Source of the DNA: Octopus sinensis | Lineage: Eukaryota | DNA: 64,000 nucleotides | Direction: 5' to 3' | NCBI RefSeq assembly: GCF_006345805.1 | Contig: NC_043004.1 | Span: 84,816,001-84,880,000 of the forward strand | Shown here: positions 55,081 to 64,000 of the stretch, in pieces | Position numbering within the stretch: position 1 is the stretch's first letter | Layout: every line of letters begins with the position of its first letter | Made by a program: the position numbers and the translations under genes | Notes under the pieces: model-generated | What the model was told of the DNA's origin: nothing | Databases searched by the model: none | What the model saw: only the letters and a program-made list of their open reading frames with translations

Positions 55081-55139
<59 letters not shown>

Positions 55140-55609
55140 CATCATCATCATCCTCATCATCATCATTATTATTATTATACTGAAAATAATGGTGACATTT
55201 GAACTAGGTATTCTTCTAAATATCTCCTCGTTCATCTTAATTGTTGCGCCAATCGATAAGCACCGAATTCCTGATTATATGTCCCTTGATACTCCATTAT
55301 TTTTCCATCCAATTTAAACCTGCTTTCTATTCACACCAGCTTCGTAGTTTACGTAGACTGTTAAAAGAAAACAGAAATCATTAGTGAATAATTAATGCGT
55401 AGATTAAGGTTATAAATTATTAATTAATATTAAAAGATAATAGTAGAGATACGGTATTGTCTATTTGGCTTGTTGTTTGGAACAGAATTCTGCATTTGGA
55501 GTCATAGGAACCCCGGCCAACCGTTTCTCTTACCTTTGTACGTGTATACATATTTTCATATTATATGACGTATGTGAGTGCTGTTTGTACGTGTTTGCTT
55601 ATGTATGTG

Positions 55610-55668
<59 letters not shown>

Positions 55669-55777
55669 GAGGGAGTAAACATAAACGAAACAAGGCAACT
55701 CAGCACATTTATGAGCTACATATATGGACCAAAACTACTTCTCCATCATCTCCAAACCTTCTAATATATATATATAT

Positions 55778-55829
<52 letters not shown>

Positions 55830-57433
55830 GCTTGTAAATTGTAAAGTAAGAGATTACCTTCCCTTACCCATCATATATATTATACGTATTAATAAATTTC
55901 GTGACTGAGCCATCGTTATGGATGGTTGCTCTCTTTGAGCTTCCTTGTAGTCAATGACAATTCTGAACTTCCCTACATGATTCCTCAGATGACTCTTCAA
56001 TCTGCTGCTCATTCACATGTTTTAAAATATAGAAGGCATACGAAAGTTGTGAGTTTAGCTGGTACAATGATTGCATATGCGGCAAGGTGTATAACGTGGG
56101 ACAGTGTATTCCTTTTTAATGATGGGCATATGAAGTACTTGACGTCATTTGAAGTCCTTTGAGTGAGTAACTTAATTTAATGTTCTTTCTGGTGGACGAA
56201 GTGTTTCAGGATGTGAAAAAGTGTGTAAGTCGATTTCAGATTAGAAAAGATGGATAACTACACAAAAACCAAATCGCACAAAGTGAACCGCTCAATTTTG
56301 TAGAAGTTACATCTTTAATCTATCATCTTACACATACATCTATATACATACGCCCACTCAAGAAACATACACAGGCACACAAAATTTCATAGATATTTGC
56401 ATGTATGTCTATATATGTATGTATCGATATACAGATTAACAGAGGCACGTGCCCCTATTTCGATTAAGTGTAGGAATCCGCAACATATTAAATAAGTGTC
56501 GTTTACTTATAGTCATCATATGATAACAATTATTGAATTATCTTGTTTATTACCGTTTCAATGTGACTCATAATTGACATGAATATTATAAAATTTTCAT
56601 ATTTTGAAGGAAAGTGTAATTATCTTTTTATCAGCTTTACTGGGAACCTATAATATTATATCTCTTAAAGGAAAACGATTATCGATTAGTTTCCCTGCGT
56701 CATATTGATATTCATAAGAAATAACCCCTGAAAACCGTGCGGGAACTGGAAGCGTATGATCAAAATTCAAGGTTACTTTCCCCTATAATTAATATTTAGA
56801 TGTGTACTGATTATTGTATTAACTTTCGGATTTTTGAACTTTTATATGTTCTTCGATCAATATTAAGGTGTGTGTGCATTGTACGTGGGTAAATAAAAGG
56901 ATAGAGATGGATATCTTTAAAAAAATTATGAATGTATAACTCACTAAAACTATTCTTCATGTCCGAAAATATTTTTGTTAACATCACGGCGTATCCAAAA
57001 CGAATTCTGAAATTCTGATGCACCCAACACCTGTGAATTTAGGCATTATGACATAGCAATCAAGATACACATTTAAATATCGGTAAGTATATCTGTTCAG
57101 ATACAATTTGAAATAAGGTTTTGGAGAGTGAACGTTTGAACGTTTTTTCAGTGATATCATAGGTACCTTTCCAGTACGGAGATAATTTAGATATCGTCGT
57201 TCCTTTGGTATAACGATCAACCGAACACACACAGTATGAAAGCTGGAGAGCAGGAATGATAACACTAGCACCACTCTGTTAAATATTTACAACAGGATTT
57301 GCCAGAATCTTATAAAATAAATGCATTGTCAAAGAAAACAAATCCCTGGTTCCAGGTAAAGAGAAAATTGATATATGTTTCTGGCAATGTGTGTTTGTGT
57401 TTGGCAATATAAAAAAGACAATAAAATTCAAAA

Positions 57434-57435
<2 letters not shown>

Positions 57436-57513
<78 letters not shown>

Positions 57514-57579
57514 ATATCTATATATCTATCTACCTACCTACATACTGACCTCTATATCTATCTATCTATTTATTTACCC

Positions 57580-57667
<88 letters not shown>

Positions 57668-57716
57668 ATCTATCTGTCTATCTATCTATCTATTTATTTA
57701 TTTATCTATCTATCTA

Positions 57717-57747
<31 letters not shown>

Positions 57748-57750
57748 GTA
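57436..57750. repeat. (CTAT)n tetranucleotide satellite
   Basis: Direct reading. Also present at 22685-22790 and 28398-28456. Confidence 0.95.
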
Positions 57751-57854
57751 TATAATATATGCAGTTTTGTAACACATATTAGCAAATCCTGCTTAATATG
57801 AGATTATAACAGCAACAACAACATCAATAATAACAATAATAGTAATAACAAATG

Positions 57855-57912
<58 letters not shown>

Positions 57913-58085
57913 TGATCCCTTATACTATAGGCATAAGGCTTGAAATTTTAGTGGGAGGCTAGTCGATTACATCAACATTAATCCAAAACTGGTACTTACC
58001 TCATAGACTCCCGAAGGGATGGAGAGTAAGGTCGAGCTGCGCGAAATTTGAACTTAAGAAAATAATAATAATAATAATAATAATA

Positions 58086-58630
58086 TGCAGTACCAGGCAG
58101 TGGCTCTCATGGCTTCTGATCTTAACTGATTGGAAGTGTTATTATGTACATTGTTTTGTCTTGGTATAAAAGATGGGCTACAGCAAATATTCTGCTCAAT
58201 ACCACAGATTTGATAGTCAGTTGTTTGACCTTAACCAGTTGAGCATGTCCCTTAGTGGCTGACGATATGTGCATCTCTGATCACGAGCAGAAGTAGTGGG
58301 GGAGCATCATAGCCATGTGTTGAGAGGGATTCTTTGGGGTTTGAATAGTTCACCTCTGGAAACATGGGTGGTTCTTTCAACACCTTAAGCAACCCTTATT
58401 CAGGGACCGTTTGAGCGGGATGGGCTACTCAACCTGAAGAAAATTCAACTGGGCCCCACCTGCAAGGTCATGTGCTGTTTATCTTGATATGAGATCACCA
58501 TGTCGCGCACATATGGTTGTGATGCATGTGCCTGGTGTACCTTTATCAGACGGGTAGTCATGATGGGTATATTGGGCTTCGTATATTTTACCCCAGTGTC
58601 ACTTTGATGGCATGCACTGCTCTCTCACTC
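58086..58630 (+). mobile_element. (AAT)n-flanked repeat family D, full length
   Basis: Bounded by (AAT)n on both sides and ends CTCTCTCACTC(AAT)n. Confidence 0.9.
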
Positions 58631-58644
58631 AATAATAATAATAA

Positions 58645-58761
<117 letters not shown>

Positions 58762-58779
58762 GGGGGGGGCAGAAAAAAA

Positions 58780-59278
58780 GATGGTTTAGGCACACACCAG
58801 AAAAGGTCACAGAGAACGAGAAAGCAACCACACTCTGGGATATGCCGATACACACAGATAGAGATATTAAGGCCAACAGACCAGATATAGTTGTCAGAGA
58901 TCATGAAGAAAAAATGCTTTCTAATGTATCAATACCAGCATATGACAACGTGTCTTTAAAAGAAATGGGGAAACTTTCAAAATACAAAGACCTGGAAATA
59001 GAGGTAACCAGAATGTGGAATCTAAAAACAGAAACAATTCCTATCATAGTAGGTGTTAAAAAAATATTCAGACAAATGCATAACAAAAACACCAGGACTT
59101 ACAAACACATAACATACAGAAAATTGCACTACTAGGCACGTCACACATCCTACGCAGAACACTTTCCATACAATAACCATCAGAGCATCACAACAAATCA
59201 CAGCACATACCCAAGGCACACAGAGCTGCGCTCGGTAGTGAAGTGAAAGCACGTTATAAAAATAAAACTACTGAATAA
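58780..59278 (+). mobile_element. R4/Dong-clade 3' end (RLE domain plus 3' UTR)
   Basis: MPIHTDRDIKANRPDIVVRD..SIP..KEMGKLSKYKDLEIEVTRMWNLKTETIPIIVG, preceded by long (AAT)n and followed by AATAAT. Confidence 0.92.
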
Positions 59279-61042
59279 TAATAATGAATATAGAAATATA
59301 TACATATGTAGGTATGAATATATATAGATATATGTATGTATTACTGGTATATATAATGTTTTGTTTTTCCTGGAGTAACTAAGAGAATGGTAAATATAGG
59401 TGCTGTTTTCCTCTTTCAGCATGCACGACATATAGATTACACTTGTGTAGATATTGTTTTCAATAAATATTCTTTGCATCTTCAGTGAGCTCCATCATAT
59501 ATTTTGCTTAACATACGAGAACACACACACAAAGGTAAGTTTACATCTGTATGTATGCATGAGTGAGTGTATATGTGTGTATGTGTGTGCCTGTGTGTGT
59601 GTTTATGAAGCTGTGGGATGACTCCTAAATGAATACATAGACACGCACACATGTATATATAAGCATACATGGATGCATAGACTAGTGCGGATACATATGT
59701 ATATGAATATTTTTATGTGGATGTATATATATGTATATATGTGTGTATTTGTATATATATATATGTGTGTGTGTGTGTATGTGTGTGTGTGTGTGTGGTT
59801 GTGTGTGTGTACATATATATACATGGATGGGTATGTGTTTGCGTATATATATATATATATTTTGCTTACCTCTATTGTGTGAATGTGCATGTGTATACAT
59901 ACACATATATAGAGTGAGAGAATGAGAGAAAGAGAGAAATCTAGATAGATATTATATACATATGCCTATATGTTGTTATATATATGTATATACTTTGCTA
60001 ATAATCTTCAACTCTGACGACTAAAAAAATTTAATTTCCTCAGAAGATAATCAGAAATTATATTAGCAAAAATAACTCCAATTTTTAAGAACTCAACATT
60101 TATCTTCTTGTTCAAAGTTTTAACCATGCAAACAATCAGCTAAGTGCATCGCACACATTTTTCTACCGGTGAACTTTGCAACTTTTACATTTCACATATC
60201 TTATCTCAGACAGGAAAACTTCTTGCAATTTCATTTCTCTATTTAAAAGTCTCTAATTTTTTTATTGAAATATACTTAAACACCATTGTAGTTTACGGTG
60301 TATTGTTGGAAAGATATACGGTGTGAGATTGTTTGATAAGAATTCAGTTTGGAAACATTTTTGTATTGGGTTTATGAAAAGCTCATGATTTATTTCAAGT
60401 AACTCGTTTAATCGTTTGTAAATTACGTACTGAATCTGATCTGAAGAATCTGTGCATGAATTTTTAATTGTTTTAGTTACAGCTCCGTTGTAATATAATT
60501 AAGAAAAAAGATACGAATCTTACGAGGTCTAGTACGAATCAGATAAGGAACAAAGCGATTATTATAAGACGATAATGCATTAAAAGCTGACTGATTAAAT
60601 GGTTGTATATAGAGATTTGAAATTTGATCATGGGATAAAAAAATTAATCCTCAGCTTGTTCTATTCGCACCCGCGTGTGTATACATGTTTATACGTGGAT
60701 GTATGCAGACTGAGTTATTGTTCGTATAAGTGTGGCAATGAAATTATTGAGAGACAAAAGATGCTTTTAGCTTTAGAAGGAATTGAACTCATAATCTACA
60801 GTCCTAGAAGAAATACTACAAGACGTTTCAGTTTCTGCTCAACCAAATAAATTCATACACATAAACGTGTAAAGATATACATTGATAATAGATTTATAAA
60901 ATTTAAACCATATATTACCAGATCCATACTAGTCTTTTTCTTCTTTATTAATTGGTTTTCATATATACTTATTATTTAGTATCAGAAAAATAGATAATTA
61001 CTTTCAGTTTCCTAGACTTAATTGATGTTATTACCAAATATA

Positions 61043-61517
61043 TCTTTATATATAAAAGTCAAGTTGTGTGTCTGTCTCCTACGATTTAGATTCCTAACTA
61101 CTCCCACATTTTGCGGTGCAGTTTAACCAAAACCGGGTATCTTATAGTCGTGATTCATATCGAACCCTTTTGGGTACTAGCGCGCGTCTACGATGAGTCT
61201 TCGATTTAAAAAAAAAAAATACCATCATTTTTTTCCATTTTAATGCATTTTTTCGCTATTATATAAGGGAAGTAACTCTCTAAAAATGTATACGATGAGT
61301 CAACGATTTAAAAAAAAATTACCATCATTTTTTTCCATTTTAATGCATTTTTTCGCTATTATATAAGGGAAGTAACTCTCTAAAAATGTATACGATGAGT
61401 CAACGATTTAAAAAAAAATTACCATCATTTTTTTCCATTTTTTTGCTATAACTCTCTAAAAATGCTTATATAGTTATTTCCCTTACAAACCCGAGCAACA
61501 CCGGGCGATACTGCTAG
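61043..61517 (+). mobile_element. Non-autonomous Helitron with internal ~100-bp tandem repeats
   Basis: A|TC 5' end, CTAG|T 3' end, and subterminal hairpin CCCG-agcaacac-CGGG (61490-61505). Repeat units start at 61189, 61291 and 61391. Confidence 0.9.
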
Positions 61518-62814
61518 TTATTGATATTTATTGATGACTGTACATCTAGCTATCTTATAGTGACACTGGTGTAGTTGTTTCTTTAGCTATCGCTATAATC
61601 AGCATTCTATCTCTATTGATATTGGCAATATATATTACTATTGGTATCATTTCCATGTTAGCATCGAATAAACTTTTGAAGGGAAAACTTTGATATACGT
61701 TTGTTGTATATTCATATTTTGCAACCTGGCATTCAAAAAAAATGACCTGGTATATTACAATGGCTCTGTATATGTGTGATGTTTGAAATTGATTCACTTG
61801 TATTGACAGTATAACATTTTGGATCATGGCGAGATTATGACGGTCACATTTACAAATTTTACTGAAAATATCGTATGTCTGACATATGTTGTTCATCTAG
61901 CGGGCTGCTCATTTATTGTTGACGCGTCAATCAAGATGTTGGTCTGCTAATAATATCGTTTAATACTAGAATGACTGGAGTTCTTTTACATGAGTAGTAC
62001 ATCATTCCCGTTTTTTCTTTTCTATACCATAGAGGAATTAAGCTTTTCTTTATAATATGCATTTCGTGGAGTTTGGTTGCCAATATATTTAAGCTATTTA
62101 CTGTATTTTGCAGTGTCTTTGTTGAAATTTTTATGCAGCTTTGTCAATTCAAAAGCTAGAATATTCGCTAAGCAGTTTTGTTATATTCCATATATTTCGT
62201 TTTGAAATGTGCCAGTTGTGCATAAAATGGAAAGTATCTTCTGAGAATAGAATTTAGCGATGACATGTCATACCTATGGATATCCGCGGTCTCTCTTCCA
62301 CAAAAAGCTATTGTTAACGTATTTATTATAGACATGCTTGTTTCGTATCTGTCCAAGCAATTTTAAAGACGAAGTCGTTCAGCCATTGTAAGCTGGCAGT
62401 TTTATTATCCAAGATGCATAATATTCGACAAATTTATTTTCAAAACATTGATGAGACTCTAAGAATTTTCCAGAAGGCGTTGGTTGGGTTGAGTATATCG
62501 TAATTGTGTTGGGATATATATTGTAAATTTATATTTAGATGAGTCATTAAATGAAATGCATTAAATGCCTGAACAGTTTAAAGTTGGTATCAGAAACAAC
62601 ATAAGCGTTATTCCTGTTCAGCTTTACAACGCACACACACTCATGCATCTAGCATAAAAGAGAAAGGAAACAGAAATACGAAACACTCTTCCTGAAGATA
62701 ACATTACGCTTACACTCTTATTCTCTTTTAATTTAGAAATATGAAAACGCTATATAATGGCCCACTCATGCATAAACCCACAGCAATGTTGACATTATTT
62801 ATTCATCATTACAA

Positions 62815-63445
62815 GGCGACGAGCTGGCAGAAACGTTAGCACGCCGGGCGAAATACATAGCCGTATTTAGTCTGCCATTACGTTCTGAGTTCAAATTCCG
62901 CCGAGGTTGACTTTGCCTTTTATCCTTTCGGGGTCGATTAAATATGTACCAGATACGCACTGGGGTCGATATAATCGACTTAATCCGTGTGTTTGTCCTT
63001 GTGTGTCCTCTCTGTGTTTAGTCCCTTGTGAGTAGTAAAGAAATAGGTATTTCGTCTGCCGCTACGTTTTGAGTTCAAATTCCGCCAAGGTCGACTCTGC
63101 ATTTCATCCTTTAAGGGTCGATAAATTAAGTACCAGTTGCGTACTGGAATCGATCTAATTGACTGACCCCTTACTCAAAATTTCGAGCCTTGTGCCTAGA
63201 TTAGAAACGATTATTTTTTTCAGCATTACTAGGCGGTGAGCTGGCAGAGACGTTAGCATGGTGGACGAAATCTAAGCGGCATTTAGCCCATTATTACCTT
63301 CTGATTTCAAATTCCACCGAGGTCAACATTGCCTTTCATCCTTTCGGTGTCGATCAATTATGTACTAGTTATGCACTGTCGTCAATTTTATCGACCAGTC
63401 CTCTCCCACAAATGTCACGATTTGTGCCTATCGTAGAAAGGATTA
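62815..63445 (+). mobile_element. SINE family A dimer plus adjacent monomer
   Basis: Head-core-linker-core-tail (62815-63210), then a second head-core-tail (63230-63445). Confidence 0.9.
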
Positions 63446-63842
63446 TTTATTCAGCACTAGACGTATCTCATTTGCTAACAGGTGTTACAAAATTGTACAT
63501 GTAGGAGAAACGTGGATGACATCACCTTTCTGAAATTCTTCAGACAGAGAATCAAATAAAACAGCTGGTGATGTGGCTGTCCTTCTGAAGAATTTCTACT
63601 ACAGGTACAATTTTGTACATATATAGAAGTGAAACCCGTGCAATGGTGAATAACTAATACAAAAAATGTTTTCACAATTTCTTGTTTAATATCTAATTAC
63701 TCCGCAAACAATATTTTTCAAGTCTTTCGGAATTCTTACGCATACTTCACACAAATATAATATCTGCACCCGAACCTGCAACCGACTCCGCAGTTCTGGG
63801 ATAAGTACATGCGTCTGAAAAGGACACAGTTTATATTATAAA

Positions 63843-63899
<57 letters not shown>

Positions 63900-64000
63900 T
63901 AGAGAATGTGAAGAGATTAAAATACCCCCATTTCTCAGTGTGCTACTATTTATTCGTTCATGTATATAAATTTCGAAAGCAGCAGCCTGGAAACTTTCTG

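Noticed and set aside
61555-62480. Minus-strand ORFs of 113 and 62 aa
   Set aside because: AT-rich, no motif recognised, and no consistent frame or splice structure.
63482-63604. Exon-like segment with in-frame TGA (selenoprotein idea)
   Set aside because: GETW..DR..GDVAVLLK resembles the LINE endonuclease ETW...GGVA motif order. No SECIS was seen, so it is likely a LINE relic.

Overview
AT-rich animal genomic DNA, most likely octopus. This is an inference from the SINE families, the CR1/RTE/R4-Dong/Penelope LINE mix and the very high (TA)n/(AAT)n/(GATA)n density. No intact, recognisable host gene, tRNA, rRNA or CRISPR array is present. Most listed ORFs are translations of microsatellites (YIYI..., poly-N/I/M/H). 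The window is mainly a transposon graveyard: more than 20 tRNA-derived SINE copies, CR1, RTE and R4/Dong LINE fragments, two Penelope-like GIY-YIG fragments, mariner relics, two long-TIR MITEs and a non-autonomous Helitron. The best structural observation is a base-resolved three-tier nest at 51.3-54.0 kb: a Dong/R4 LINE split by a TG..CA solo LTR with a 4-bp TSD, itself interrupted by an RTE with an 8-bp TSD. Also notable are degenerate minimal hammerhead-ribozyme motifs, a possible HDV-like fold at an RTE-type 5' end, and an unrecognised signal-peptide/dibasic-site ORF at 4.07-4.66 kb (minus strand) that may be a secreted-peptide gene. Repeat boundaries are read by eye (about +/-20 bp) unless termini are quoted.
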